The translations under genes were made by a program, and so were the position numbers. A stretch of DNA of 64,000 nt from a virus: positions 22,249 to 86,248 of the IMG/VR virus record IMGVR_UViG_3300010883_024574; one strand, written 5' to 3'. The notes under the pieces are model-generated. The model saw only the letters and a list, made by a program, of their open reading frames with translations, searched no databases and had not been told where the DNA came from. This document shows positions 26,577-37,219 of this stretch, one piece after another. The number at the start of each line of letters is the position of its first letter. Within the stretch, counting starts at the first letter, position 1.

Positions 26577-29500
26577 TGGCATCGGATAGTGATACAAAAC
26601 TGACCAGATATACATCAGCAGTAACCGTGATTACTGCAGATGTTATGAACGCCTTGTATGGTGGAGAGTATGGTTATAATACTATTGTGGACGAATATGA
26701 TCCCGTTATCTATGGGCATGTTCACGACGGAACACATGCAGATGGTCATGCATCAAAGGTGCTGTTAACTTCAGGGGCCCACGTCCGGGGCCATTTAGCA
26801 CACGAAAACCTTGGAGGACACGACGGATCAATTCCCGCTGTTCAGTTCAGCAACATACAGTGTTATCCAGAGAGTATATATGGAAGGCCATCGGAATATG
26901 CGGAACCATTCGCAATACCCGAGTATACAGAGGAAGGCGGAGAAAGATGTTATTACTTAGACCTTTCTATGACAATAGGTGGTGACGACACACATGTTCA
27001 ATACAATAAAGACGGCGAATTCGGCGGGGACTCTGGATTTATATATGACTATGAAAACGGAAGAGTTGGAATAGGCGAAGATAGCCCTAGTTACTCTTTG
27101 GACATAGGTCATCCAGAAGATGCTAAGCAGTTAAGAGTTAGAGGAGGCTGGGACGATAGTCTTGATAGTAATTCAAGAATAGTTTTAAATGATAGTAACT
27201 TTGGAATTGGAGCGGGACAGTATGGATCTGGAGGCAGCGAGGATGCAACTGTCATCTGGAGCTATGAAGGGGCAGGCAGAGGCATATTGTTCGCAAGCAC
27301 CCCGGCCTGGGGTTCTACATATACTTTTGAACAAATGAACCATAATATGTTCATAGCCGGAGATACAGGCCGAGTTGGAATAGGAACGGTTAAGCCTGAC
27401 TCGTTGTTTCATGTGTCGTCAAAAGCATCTGGAGAGGGAACGATTACTCTTTCTCAACATAATGATGACGTAGATGGACCAAGCTTTATCTTTGAAAAGG
27501 CAAGACTTGATCCATCAGACAATATTGCATCTGCTGCTCCCGGTGACTTTTTGGGGTCAGTTCAGTTTTATGGATACGATGGATCTGGCAATGATCTTTG
27601 GGCCGGAATATTCTCGTCAGTAGATGGGGTTCCGGCCTCCGGCACATCACGTCCATCTGATTTATCCTTTTGGACAACAGAGAATACAACGACTGACTTG
27701 TTGCAAAGAATGGTTATAAACAACGAAGGTAATGTTGGAATAAACGAAACCTCTCCAACTACGTTTTTACATATAACAGGAGATGGTGCAAATCCACCTG
27801 TTATAGTTGAAAACATGATAGCAGGATCAGGTACGGTTGTCGTATGGGACTCTGGAACAAATGAGTTTAAAGTAGACTCTACCATTGGATCAGATCAAAA
27901 TGTTTTTGATGATATAACCCTAACAAAGACGGGGACAGGCACATCGTCTGGCGGCCCAATAGTGGCCGATGATACATCAGATACGTTAACCTTGATAGCC
28001 GGAGACGGAATAGACTTAAGTGGGAATGCAGGCGCTGATAGTATCACGATAACATCCACCGCAATAGCCGTCCCCGGTGGGAACAATACAAACATTCAGT
28101 TTAATGACTCCGGATCATTCGGAGGAGATGATGGGTTCTATTATAACAAAACCCCTAGTGATCCGGTAGTCTCTATATTAAATACAGATCCAGAGAATGC
28201 AGGTGGCGGAAGAAAGACGGTGCTTTCTTTTGAGGGAACAGATAGCAGTGGAAATGAAGCTGCGCTTGCAAGCTTGCAGGCATCTCATGAGGGCGATCTG
28301 GCCGATAGCAAAGGTCAGCTTAATATTTTTGTTAATGATGGAGTCACCGGGCCGGAGCCTGTTATAAAGATTTCTAGCAATGGCTTTACTGGAATCGGAG
28401 CAGTCAACGACGGCGAGCCAGTAAGAAGATTGCATATAAAGCAGTATGAAGTTCCGCCATTAAGGATAAATGATCTCTCCTATGGAGAGGGCATAGTGAT
28501 GGTGTGGGATCCGAATTTAGGAGATGTATATGTCGACCCTACTGCTGGTAACATGTCGCCTCAACCAAGCAGTAAGGTCTGGCCTCCCCCGGCTATAGAC
28601 GGCGGCCCGACAGATGTTGTTTTTGACAAAAATGATTCAGGCGGAATCATTATTATTAAAGGCCCATGGAATGGCTCAGGTAAAGTGGTTCTGCCAAGCG
28701 TTCCGCCGTCAGCAGGGGAGGGAGGTTCGTGGGATAATGGTGACCATTTTTGGATAAAGAACTTTAGTAAAGATGTCGAAAATGAAAACTTTATCTCTAT
28801 TCAAATAAGCTCGGACAATGCGAACGATACTTTGGATGGAGATCAGTTTGATAACTCATTCACATTAGGCCCGAAACATACCGTTCATATATCTTGCTTA
28901 AAGCAAGAGGGTTCTCAGATTAATCAATGGATTATAATTTCTCACTATCATCCGTTTGAGCAACAGGAGCAGGCCAACGATAACAGCCCGCCTGTAGCGG
29001 AAATAGCAGGGGAGTACTCGGGTGGGGATAATGAGCCCACAGTTCAGGTTACAGGTGGGGATACGATTTTGGCAGGAACCGTTGTAACTATAGATGGATC
29101 AAACTCATATGATATGGATATAGATCCATTGACATATATATGGTCTGGAACTGTAGATGGAGGCGTAATAATCATGCCAGGCCCTGATGTTGTAAATTTT
29201 GAGATTGATACAACAGAAGTTGCAGGCTCTACGCTGACTGTTGGGTTAAAAGTTAATGACGGATCTGTAGACAGCCCAGAGGTGTTTTTAACCTTTGATG
29301 TGGTTGCGAATCAGAAACCGGTAATTACACTGATTGGTTCTTCGCCGCTTGAGCTAGATGCCGGAAGTCTAGATATATATACAGATGATGGAGCAACCGC
29401 TTATGATGATATAGACGGAGATATATCTGCAGACATTGTGGTTTCCGGAGATATCGTGAATATGGATTCGGTTGGACAATATATAATTAATTACAACGTA

Positions 29501-31414
29501 ACGGACTCTATGGGTCTGTCAGCAGATACTGTATCTAGAGTTGTTAATATAAATGCTGTAAACCAGAAGCCTGTTGCTGCTTTGTATGTAAGCAGCGCAG
29601 AGCCGTACTCAACCCCCATTTCTAACTCTTTAAGCGCTGACTCAATATACTTAAACGGAGAGGGAAGTAGCGATCCAAACGGAGATTCTATTGTAACTTA
29701 TTCTTTCAGCGAGCAAGTCGATGGATCATACAATACTCTTCTAGAGAGTTCAAATGACAAAGTGCCGATTGGCTCTCCAGGCGGAGGAACGCATACTTTT
29801 AGACTTATAGTTAATGATGGAAATCTAGATAGCGATCCTGTTTATGCCTCTCTAACAGTTAATCACAGACCCGTAGCTGTAGCAACAGGAGATGCCTCTG
29901 GCACAGTTGGGCAGGCCGTGAGTTTGGATGGCTCTTCTAGTTATGATAACGATAATGAAGACACCCTTACTTATGAGTGGAGCTTTGTAAGCAAGCCTGC
30001 TCAATCTAATCTTACCGACGTGAATTCGCCAAATAGCGAAACTCCATCATTTACTCCGGACGCTTCTGGCGACTATACCGTTAGGTTAATTGTAAGTGAT
30101 AGCAAGGAATATAGTTTGCAGGATACTGTCGATACCACGGTATCTGAAGCGAATCAAGCACCGGATGTTACGGTAACGCTTAATGACGGAAATGTTTATG
30201 AGGTAGGAGAGAACATCGTTGTTCATGCAGATGCAAGCGATACAGATGGTTTCTTGGTTTCTTATAACTGGTATTTGCCATCAGATGAGGCTGGGTACCC
30301 AGTAGGTTCAAACCCACAGTTAACTGATAGCGGTGGTAGCTTCTCAGGCGACACTCAAGTGGAGGCCTTTCAAACTACGTTCACCACAGATATGGCCGGA
30401 ACTTACAAGGTTAGAGCAAGAGTCTATGATGGAGAGTTTTATAAAAATGATGATGTAATGTTTACAATGGCTGCTGCAAATGTAGGCCCCTCCGTTTCTA
30501 TCACCAGTGTGGCAGGTGATTTGTTTACAGATAGCACAATAACACTAACCTCTGTAGCATCAGATGACGACGGAACTATAGAGTCTTATCTATGGACCGT
30601 AGAGTCTGCTGCAGACGGGGGCGGTAACTCAATAGGCGTAGATACATACTCGTTTGTTGACAATTCTGTTTCGGAATCTAGCTTTATAGCAACCATATCT
30701 GGAACTTATAAGATTAGGGTAACGGTTCAGGATGATGACAGTGCAAGCGCCTATGATGAGACAAATGTAGAGATTGCTCAAGCTGCAGCAAACACCCTTC
30801 CAGCTGCGGTTGTAACACAGATATCTGTTACCACTGAGCAGGGGCAGGGGTGGGGGATAGATCTGGACTCCTTCTTGCCCGATAATGATATGATTCAGGC
30901 TTTTGACTTAGTTCCAACTTATGACTTCGTCGGAGGAGATGGTGATCCAGACGTTCCGAACATGGGCTTTGATTTCTCTGAAGCCGAGTTGCCCCCTAAT
31001 GCTGAAGACTTTTATAATACAACCATTGGAAAGAATGATTATATATTCTTATGGGGAGGTAAGTCATCCGATGCAGAGGATACTGGAGGCGACTATGATT
31101 GGCAAGATCTTAGCTTTGAATTAACATACAATTGGAAATTTACGCAAGTCCCAGCAGGCTCCGTGTACGAACCATACGTAGGAACTGATAACCCTACAAT
31201 ATCAGGGGTTGGTGCGCCTGTCTGGTATAATGGTATGTATGTTTTCCCGGTCGAAAATAGAAGCCCCATATTAAAATTCCGACCAGACCGGGTAGGATCT
31301 TATAAGATGCAGTTGACAATTGAAGATTCTTCAGGGGGAGTCGATAAGTTTATTTGCTGGATCTTCGTATACACTCAGCCAGGGCTGCCAATTTCCGTTC
31401 CCCAACTTCCCTAG
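26576..31414 (+). CDS. tail-fibre-like protein with PKD/Ig-like domains
   Basis: Shared N-terminal domain; GRVGIG/GNVGI and (V/I)Q(Y/F)NxxGxFGGD fibre repeats; several NxxPxA...DGSxSxD...Y.W...L.VND PKD-like repeats. Confidence 0.75.
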   Translation: MASDSDTKLTRYTSAVTVITADVMNALYGGEYGYNTIVDEYDPVIYGHVHDGTHADGHASKVLLTSGAHVRGHLAHENLGGHDGSIPAVQFSNIQCYPESIYGRPSEYAEPFAIPEYTEEGGERCYYLDLSMTIGGDDTHVQYNKDGEFGGDSGFIYDYENGRVGIGEDSPSYSLDIGHPEDAKQLRVRGGWDDSLDSNSRIVLNDSNFGIGAGQYGSGGSEDATVIWSYEGAGRGILFASTPAWGSTYTFEQMNHNMFIAGDTGRVGIGTVKPDSLFHVSSKASGEGTITLSQHNDDVDGPSFIFEKARLDPSDNIASAAPGDFLGSVQFYGYDGSGNDLWAGIFSSVDGVPASGTSRPSDLSFWTTENTTTDLLQRMVINNEGNVGINETSPTTFLHITGDGANPPVIVENMIAGSGTVVVWDSGTNEFKVDSTIGSDQNVFDDITLTKTGTGTSSGGPIVADDTSDTLTLIAGDGIDLSGNAGADSITITSTAIAVPGGNNTNIQFNDSGSFGGDDGFYYNKTPSDPVVSILNTDPENAGGGRKTVLSFEGTDSSGNEAALASLQASHEGDLADSKGQLNIFVNDGVTGPEPVIKISSNGFTGIGAVNDGEPVRRLHIKQYEVPPLRINDLSYGEGIVMVWDPNLGDVYVDPTAGNMSPQPSSKVWPPPAIDGGPTDVVFDKNDSGGIIIIKGPWNGSGKVVLPSVPPSAGEGGSWDNGDHFWIKNFSKDVENENFISIQISSDNANDTLDGDQFDNSFTLGPKHTVHISCLKQEGSQINQWIIISHYHPFEQQEQANDNSPPVAEIAGEYSGGDNEPTVQVTGGDTILAGTVVTIDGSNSYDMDIDPLTYIWSGTVDGGVIIMPGPDVVNFEIDTTEVAGSTLTVGLKVNDGSVDSPEVFLTFDVVANQKPVITLIGSSPLELDAGSLDIYTDDGATAYDDIDGDISADIVVSGDIVNMDSVGQYIINYNVTDSMGLSADTVSRVVNINAVNQKPVAALYVSSAEPYSTPISNSLSADSIYLNGEGSSDPNGDSIVTYSFSEQVDGSYNTLLESSNDKVPIGSPGGGTHTFRLIVNDGNLDSDPVYASLTVNHRPVAVATGDASGTVGQAVSLDGSSSYDNDNEDTLTYEWSFVSKPAQSNLTDVNSPNSETPSFTPDASGDYTVRLIVSDSKEYSLQDTVDTTVSEANQAPDVTVTLNDGNVYEVGENIVVHADASDTDGFLVSYNWYLPSDEAGYPVGSNPQLTDSGGSFSGDTQVEAFQTTFTTDMAGTYKVRARVYDGEFYKNDDVMFTMAAANVGPSVSITSVAGDLFTDSTITLTSVASDDDGTIESYLWTVESAADGGGNSIGVDTYSFVDNSVSESSFIATISGTYKIRVTVQDDDSASAYDETNVEIAQAAANTLPAAVVTQISVTTEQGQGWGIDLDSFLPDNDMIQAFDLVPTYDFVGGDGDPDVPNMGFDFSEAELPPNAEDFYNTTIGKNDYIFLWGGKSSDAEDTGGDYDWQDLSFELTYNWKFTQVPAGSVYEPYVGTDNPTISGVGAPVWYNGMYVFPVENRSPILKFRPDRVGSYKMQLTIEDSSGGVDKFICWIFVYTQPGLPISVPQLP

Positions 31415-31432
31415 TTGAAAACAAGGTTTTAA

Positions 31433-31786
31433 ATGAATGCTTATATTTTATTGGGATGTAATGGGTTTACAGATGCAAGCAGCTTTAAATACTGCAGTTC
31501 TGCTTTAAACCCAATAGTTGACCTATCAATGTTAGATTCAGGGGATCAAGATAAGGTTGCTAATTTTTTAGACAATGCCTGTGGATTGCTTGTCGCGCCT
31601 TGTTACGATTACAATAAATGCATTAATATTGTTAATTTTTTATACCGGCAATTTAGTATTATAGACGAAGACGGGCTGCATAGAATACAGGGGTTTTTAA
31701 AGATGCACAGAAGATGCGGCCTGTATATTATGTTAACTTCAAAAGAGGATTATAATGAGCGATGTGAAGCTTCCGAGCAACAATAA
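31433..31786 (+). CDS. hypothetical Cys-rich protein
   Basis: 117-aa ORF in the operon. Confidence 0.6.
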   Translation: MNAYILLGCNGFTDASSFKYCSSALNPIVDLSMLDSGDQDKVANFLDNACGLLVAPCYDYNKCINIVNFLYRQFSIIDEDGLHRIQGFLKMHRRCGLYIMLTSKEDYNERCEASEQQ

Positions 31787-32105
31787 GTATATGGATTCTA
31801 AAAAGCACGAGAAAAATAATATAGAAAATGCTTTCAATGATTTTAAGAAATTGTTAGCAGACAAGACTCACCCCGATAATCAAACTCCAGCTTATCACAA
31901 CAATGTGGTATCTACTCTCAACAGGCTACTTGTGTCTGCGGATGAATTAGATGGAGTAAACCCTGGAGAGGGAATTTTTGGATTAATAGTTTTGGCCCTT
32001 AGGTCTTGTTTGAAGTTAAGCGATGACAATGTAAAACTAGAAGTAGAATTGAGAGACTTAAGGCTGGAAATAAATAGGCTTAAGAAAAATCAGAAGGCAA
32101 GATGA
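31755..32105 (+). CDS. hypothetical protein with C-terminal coiled coil
   Basis: GAGG RBS; 116 aa. Confidence 0.7.
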   Translation: MSDVKLPSNNKYMDSKKHEKNNIENAFNDFKKLLADKTHPDNQTPAYHNNVVSTLNRLLVSADELDGVNPGEGIFGLIVLALRSCLKLSDDNVKLEVELRDLRLEINRLKKNQKAR

Positions 32106-32320
32106 CATTTAAGAATAAGGTTATAAATCTTATTTTAGATCGAATATCAGAAACCAATAAAGATATAAGATATCTGGAAGATCAATCTAAGAAATATTCT
32201 GTTGCTCCAGGCTCCAACGGTGTCTATACTGGTATGGTAGGACGCCGCGAGGCCCTGCAGGACTTGTTGTCTGAAATAAGGAGCATTAATGAAAACGAGC
32301 GAAATAATAGAGATATTTGA
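32102..32320 (+). CDS. hypothetical protein
   Basis: 72 aa; ATGA overlap with the previous stop. Confidence 0.6.
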   Translation: MTFKNKVINLILDRISETNKDIRYLEDQSKKYSVAPGSNGVYTGMVGRREALQDLLSEIRSINENERNNRDI

Positions 32321-33380
32321 GCCAAAGAAGGAAGAAAAACTCTTTGGACTGCTTAAGTCGTTTGGAATAAAGGCCGACTCTGTTAAGTTAGAGGAGAAGA
32401 GGTTTTTTGATATATATGACGTGAAGCTCGCCAGTGGCGTAAGGTCTTCAAGGCTCGATAGGGTTTTGGTCGATATAGGGATGGCTATGTCGTCTCATGC
32501 TCATCCTAGTGGATTCCCAATTATGAAGGATGGGATCTACAGACTAGAGATGCAAAGAGAGGAGATAAGGTCGCCTACTTTTCAACAGGTTTATAATTCT
32601 TTTCCAAAAAGTTATTACGCACCTGTCGCCTTAGGAGTAGACTCTCTTGGGGAGTTTGTGTCTATAGATCTAAATGTCTTGCCAAACCTTTTGGTCGGAG
32701 GAACAACAGGCTCTGGGAAGAGCGTGCTTCTTCATAGCTTTGTTTTGTCCCTGATAGGTTCAGACGCATTACTGTACCTGATAGACCCTAAGATGGTAGA
32801 GTTCGGGGTTTATGCTGGCTTCTCCTCTGTTAAGTCAATAGTTAATTCAGCAGATGACGCAGAGCTTCTTATAGAAGAGGTCAGAACAATCATGGAGGCA
32901 AGATTTTCTCAGCTGCAAAAACATGGATGCAGAAATGCTGTTGAATATAACAAAAGAGTTACATCAAAAAGCAGGATGCGCCCGGTTGTAATAATTGTAG
33001 ATGAATGGGCGGACATAGTGTTACAGAACAAAGAGGTTCAGAAATCCTTATGTTTGGTTGCCCAAAAAGGGCGAGCTGCAGGTGTATCGATAATATTGGC
33101 AACACAAAGACCTTCTTGCAGAGTAATATCTGGCCTAGTTAAGGCTAACTTCTCTGGAAGAATTGCGTTAAAAGTTGCGTCTGCAGTTGATAGTAGAGTT
33201 ATTCTAGATCAACGTGGAGCAGAGAAGATAACAGATGTTGGGACGGGCTTGTATTTGGACGGGACATTGTCGAAACCAAAGCTGTTTCGAGCGCCATATA
33301 TAGGCGACATTCAAAGAGAATTAAATATTATAAAACCAATAGCTAAAAAGAGATCATTTTGGAATAGGCTGTTATCTTGA
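32289..33380 (+). CDS. FtsK/SpoIIIE-family ATPase, soluble motor domain only
   Basis: PNLLVGGTTGSGKS, LIDPKMVE, IIVDEWAD, AQKGRAAG, LATQRPS and DSRVILD motifs. Confidence 0.9.
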   Translation: MKTSEIIEIFEPKKEEKLFGLLKSFGIKADSVKLEEKRFFDIYDVKLASGVRSSRLDRVLVDIGMAMSSHAHPSGFPIMKDGIYRLEMQREEIRSPTFQQVYNSFPKSYYAPVALGVDSLGEFVSIDLNVLPNLLVGGTTGSGKSVLLHSFVLSLIGSDALLYLIDPKMVEFGVYAGFSSVKSIVNSADDAELLIEEVRTIMEARFSQLQKHGCRNAVEYNKRVTSKSRMRPVVIIVDEWADIVLQNKEVQKSLCLVAQKGRAAGVSIILATQRPSCRVISGLVKANFSGRIALKVASAVDSRVILDQRGAEKITDVGTGLYLDGTLSKPKLFRAPYIGDIQRELNIIKPIAKKRSFWNRLLS

Positions 33381-33916
33381 TTAGATATTCAAAAGAAGAG
33401 ATTGTAAAAACTGTAACAATAACCACCCTAGCTGATAAGTTTTCAATATCTTTAGAGCAAATAAGCAGTGGTAATTTTACACACAGATGTAGATGCCCCT
33501 CTAGGGAGCATAAGAATGGCTCTGAAAGAACCGGGTCTTTGTATATTGATGATGTGAATAATAATTTTTATTGTTTTGGGTGCGGCGCTTCCAATAATGT
33601 TATTGACTTTTATATCCTAAGTAAAGGCGTGGATTTCTCTACGGCAATATATGATCTATCAGAATTTGTTGATCCAACTAAAATTGGCAAAATTACGAAG
33701 CATAGAAAGTCTGTAAATTTTCCACAGCTTTTACAAATCTCTACTTGTTTTAGAGATGCTCAAAAGCAACACCCTGATGACATAAAGTGGATAGAAGGAC
33801 TTATGAGTAAAGCAGATGAGTATATAGATGAGACTGATAGACACGATGTAAATAAAGCTAAAGCACTTCTTAAGAAAATAAGAGGAGCTATATATAGGAG
33901 GTATTTAGACAAATGA
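33377..33916 (+). CDS. stand-alone DnaG-type CHC2 zinc-binding domain
   Basis: CPSREH...ERTGSL...FYCFGCGASNNVIDF...FSTAI pattern of the DnaG N-terminal domain; no TOPRIM domain. Confidence 0.85.
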   Translation: MIRYSKEEIVKTVTITTLADKFSISLEQISSGNFTHRCRCPSREHKNGSERTGSLYIDDVNNNFYCFGCGASNNVIDFYILSKGVDFSTAIYDLSEFVDPTKIGKITKHRKSVNFPQLLQISTCFRDAQKQHPDDIKWIEGLMSKADEYIDETDRHDVNKAKALLKKIRGAIYRRYLDK

Positions 33917-35082
33917 GAATAATTGTTTGTGGAGATACACATTTTGGTGCTGTTTTTGGGTTAGGAAGGTCTAATGGTAATGGTGGAAACACCAGGATCG
34001 ATGATTATGAAAAAACCTTTAACTACATAATTGACCATGCGATAGATACAAAGGCAGATATTTTTGTTCAAACGGGGGATATCTTTGAGTATAGGGATCC
34101 AAGTATTGATCATATGAGGATTGTAGATAAGGCGCTCAAAAGATTGTCAAATGCAAATATAGCAACCTTTGTTATAATGGGCAATCATGATTACAAAAAG
34201 AGTGGATCGAGCTTTACAAGCTCTATAACATCTCTTTCTGCTATAGAATACCCCAATGTTAGAATGCTGCTTGAGCCAGAGTTGGTACATATTTGTAATG
34301 CGAAAAACGAAAAAGTTAACCTTCTTCTTGCTCCCTATCGGGACAGGAAGATGTATGACGGAGCAACCTCTGCAGAGCAGTCTAAAGGTTATGACTCCCA
34401 CATGAGAGAGCTGATAGAGTCATCCTCGAACAAGGATCCTATTTTGGCAATTGGACATAACTTTTTTTATGAAGGAAGCTATACAGATTATGGCGGCTCA
34501 GAGATTATGGCTAGCCCATCAGCCTTTGAAGGCTGTGATATAGCTATGATGGGGCACTTGCATCAGTTTAGGGTTCTGCGCAAGCATGCGCCTGTATGCG
34601 TGTATACAGGCTCTATGGAGCGAACAAACTTTGGAGATGCAAATACAGATAAATATTTTGTTGATTATAACATAACAAATAAGAAGGCGAAATTTTGCAA
34701 AATACCAACCAGAGATTTACTAGATGAGTCGGTCAACCTTTCGGGGATAGGCTTCTCAGATGTAACTGACTCTTTGGGCTCAATCCTGAAGGGGTTTGAT
34801 CTAAAGAATAAGATTGTAAGGCTAAAGATCTTAATAGATGAAAAGGTTCTTCCCGCCATAGACAAGGCCTCGATTGAATCGGACTTGTACAGCATGGGGG
34901 CTTTTCATGTTTCAAGAATTTCTATAGAAGCTATAACAAAGAGGCTTGTCCGAGATAGTTCTATACTAAATAACAAGGATGACTTTTCAATGTTTAAAGC
35001 ATTTGTTGAATATCAGGACATGGAAAGTGAGTATAAAAAAGCCTTATTAAAAGAGGCTAAAATAATAATGGGAGAAACATGA
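33913..35082 (+). CDS. SbcD/Mre11-like nuclease
   Basis: GDTHFG, TGDIF, GNHD, GHLH and YTGS motifs. Confidence 0.9.
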   Translation: MRIIVCGDTHFGAVFGLGRSNGNGGNTRIDDYEKTFNYIIDHAIDTKADIFVQTGDIFEYRDPSIDHMRIVDKALKRLSNANIATFVIMGNHDYKKSGSSFTSSITSLSAIEYPNVRMLLEPELVHICNAKNEKVNLLLAPYRDRKMYDGATSAEQSKGYDSHMRELIESSSNKDPILAIGHNFFYEGSYTDYGGSEIMASPSAFEGCDIAMMGHLHQFRVLRKHAPVCVYTGSMERTNFGDANTDKYFVDYNITNKKAKFCKIPTRDLLDESVNLSGIGFSDVTDSLGSILKGFDLKNKIVRLKILIDEKVLPAIDKASIESDLYSMGAFHVSRISIEAITKRLVRDSSILNNKDDFSMFKAFVEYQDMESEYKKALLKEAKIIMGET

Positions 35083-37184
35083 TACCAACTAAGCTTAAGA
35101 TGAATAATTTCTTTTCTCATAAGGATAGTGAAGTAGATTTTTCAAAGTTTGATTCAGCCCTCCTTATAGGAAATACAGAAGGCGATTACAGAAAGTCAAA
35201 TGGTTCTGGTAAGAGCGCAATCTTTGAAGGCATTTTGTGGTGCTTATTTAACAGATCTAGAGTTGCTATGATGGATGATATAATAAGATGGGGAGAGGCC
35301 ACTTGCGCTGTTGAGCTAGAGTTTAACCATGGAGACTCAGTTTATATGGTCAAAAGAACTCGCAACAGAATCAACTCAACATCAGTGGTTGAATTTTTCG
35401 CTTTAGACAAAGCCGGTGACTGGCAGGATATATCTTGCTCTACCTCTGGAGATACAAACGAAAAGATAGAATCAACTATAAAGTTAGATAATAAAACTTT
35501 TATAAATTCAGTTTATTTTAGGCAGAATGATATATCTGAGTTTGCAGAGTCAGAGCCGTCTAAGAAAAAAGAAATACTAAAATCCATAGTAGACATATCT
35601 CGCTGGGACGATTATGAGAAGTCATCCAAGAAAAAGGCTAGAGATTTAAATATGGAATGTAAAATTTTAAAGAAATCTGTAGAAGAGTATGACTCTGTAG
35701 TTGAAAGGTTGAGCGAGGCGAAGGTTGACATAAAAGAGTCTAGACTTAAATCAAGAGCCCTTGTTTCGCAGAAAGAAACTTTATTTACTCAGATAGATTC
35801 TTTGAATAAAAAATATATAGTTATAAAAAAGTCATTAGATACAGATGCATATGATAAAGTTATTGATCAAATAAAGTTATTAAAGAAGGATAAGGCAGGG
35901 TGCGAAGAGAAGATAAAGCTATCCTCAGAAGCTATAGACGAACATAAGGAGGAGAAGGATAAGATAGGCAAAAAGATTGAGTCATTTGTTCATAAGATTA
36001 AAGACAGAGAGACAATAGAGGTTCCAGATGGAAAGACCGAAGATCTTAGGACACAGCTTATGCACTTTAAATCAACAAAGGCTTCTTCAGAAGAGTTGTC
36101 TGAAACTTTAAAGGGAATGAACATCTCTTCTGATGAATGCTATATTTGTAATCAATCAATTGATAATAAACTCTTTAAAAGATTAAAGGGTGAGCATGAT
36201 AATAAAGTTGCTTACTATGCCTCCCAAGTAAGTGGTGCAAATAAAGAGGTTTTATTATTAGAGAAAGAAATAAATAAGTGGATATCTATAAAAAAAGATA
36301 ATGATGATTTAAGCATTTTTAATTTAAATATTAAATCGTTAACATACAAGTTAGATTTAATCACATCTTCGACAAAAGAATCAGAAGATTTGCTTGATCA
36401 GGCGAAAACTTCCCTTAAAGATGTTGAATTTAAATTAAAAACAAATATAGATATATTAGAATCTATTAAGAATGAAGATTTTCAGTCTTTAAGAAGAAAG
36501 ATAAAAGGATTTGTAGAAGAGAAGGATGATGTTGTTAGGCGCGTGTCAGAGGAGGATAAAAGGATCGGAAGATTAATTGAACGAGTATCTCTGTTAGAAG
36601 AGCAGGAGACAAAGATGAGAGCTAATAAGAAATCTGTATCTAAAAAGCTCGAAAAAGCATCCCTATTCGACAAGTTATCGAAAATATTCGGGAAAGGTGG
36701 AATACAAACTATTCTTCTGGACAGCGTAATTGAGGATCTTGAAAAATCAGCAAACAATATTCTCGTATCAATCTGTAATGAACCAGCAGTTATTGTTTTG
36801 GAGACCCAAAGGTTGGGAGCTGACGGATCTTCTATTATTGAAACATTAGATCTGAAGGTTAGAAAAGACGGGCATGTGCAAAACTTCAAATCTCTTAGTG
36901 GAGGAGAAAAGTTCAGAATATCATTAGCTCTTAGAATTGCCTTAAGCGATATCTCCAGCAGGTACGGCGGGTCGTCTTTAGAATTTTTGCTTATGGACGA
37001 AGTAAACTCCCCGTTAGACAGGTTTGGGGTAGAGACATTGTTTGTAAATGTAATTAAATCATTAGAAGATAGATATAAGATATTGGTCATCACACATGAT
37101 GAGTCTTTAAAAGAGAAGTTTGATAATGTAATAAATATTACAAAGATAAACGGAGAGAGTGAGCTTGAGTTTACTACTAGATAG
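35079..37184 (+). CDS. SbcC/Rad50-like ATPase
   Basis: NGSGKS Walker A, Q-loop FRQ, CYIC zinc hook, LSGGE, LMDE and ITH motifs. Confidence 0.92.
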   Translation: MIPTKLKMNNFFSHKDSEVDFSKFDSALLIGNTEGDYRKSNGSGKSAIFEGILWCLFNRSRVAMMDDIIRWGEATCAVELEFNHGDSVYMVKRTRNRINSTSVVEFFALDKAGDWQDISCSTSGDTNEKIESTIKLDNKTFINSVYFRQNDISEFAESEPSKKKEILKSIVDISRWDDYEKSSKKKARDLNMECKILKKSVEEYDSVVERLSEAKVDIKESRLKSRALVSQKETLFTQIDSLNKKYIVIKKSLDTDAYDKVIDQIKLLKKDKAGCEEKIKLSSEAIDEHKEEKDKIGKKIESFVHKIKDRETIEVPDGKTEDLRTQLMHFKSTKASSEELSETLKGMNISSDECYICNQSIDNKLFKRLKGEHDNKVAYYASQVSGANKEVLLLEKEINKWISIKKDNDDLSIFNLNIKSLTYKLDLITSSTKESEDLLDQAKTSLKDVEFKLKTNIDILESIKNEDFQSLRRKIKGFVEEKDDVVRRVSEEDKRIGRLIERVSLLEEQETKMRANKKSVSKKLEKASLFDKLSKIFGKGGIQTILLDSVIEDLEKSANNILVSICNEPAVIVLETQRLGADGSSIIETLDLKVRKDGHVQNFKSLSGGEKFRISLALRIALSDISSRYGGSSLEFLLMDEVNSPLDRFGVETLFVNVIKSLEDRYKILVITHDESLKEKFDNVINITKINGESELEFTTR

Positions 37185-37219
37185 TATGCTAATTTTATTA
37201 AATAAGCTGCGAGGTAAAT

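Noticed and set aside
23298-31414. Diversity-generating retroelement or invertible tail-fibre cassette
   Set aside because: No reverse transcriptase, no TR/VR pair with adenine-specific mismatches, no invertase and no flanking inverted repeats were seen.
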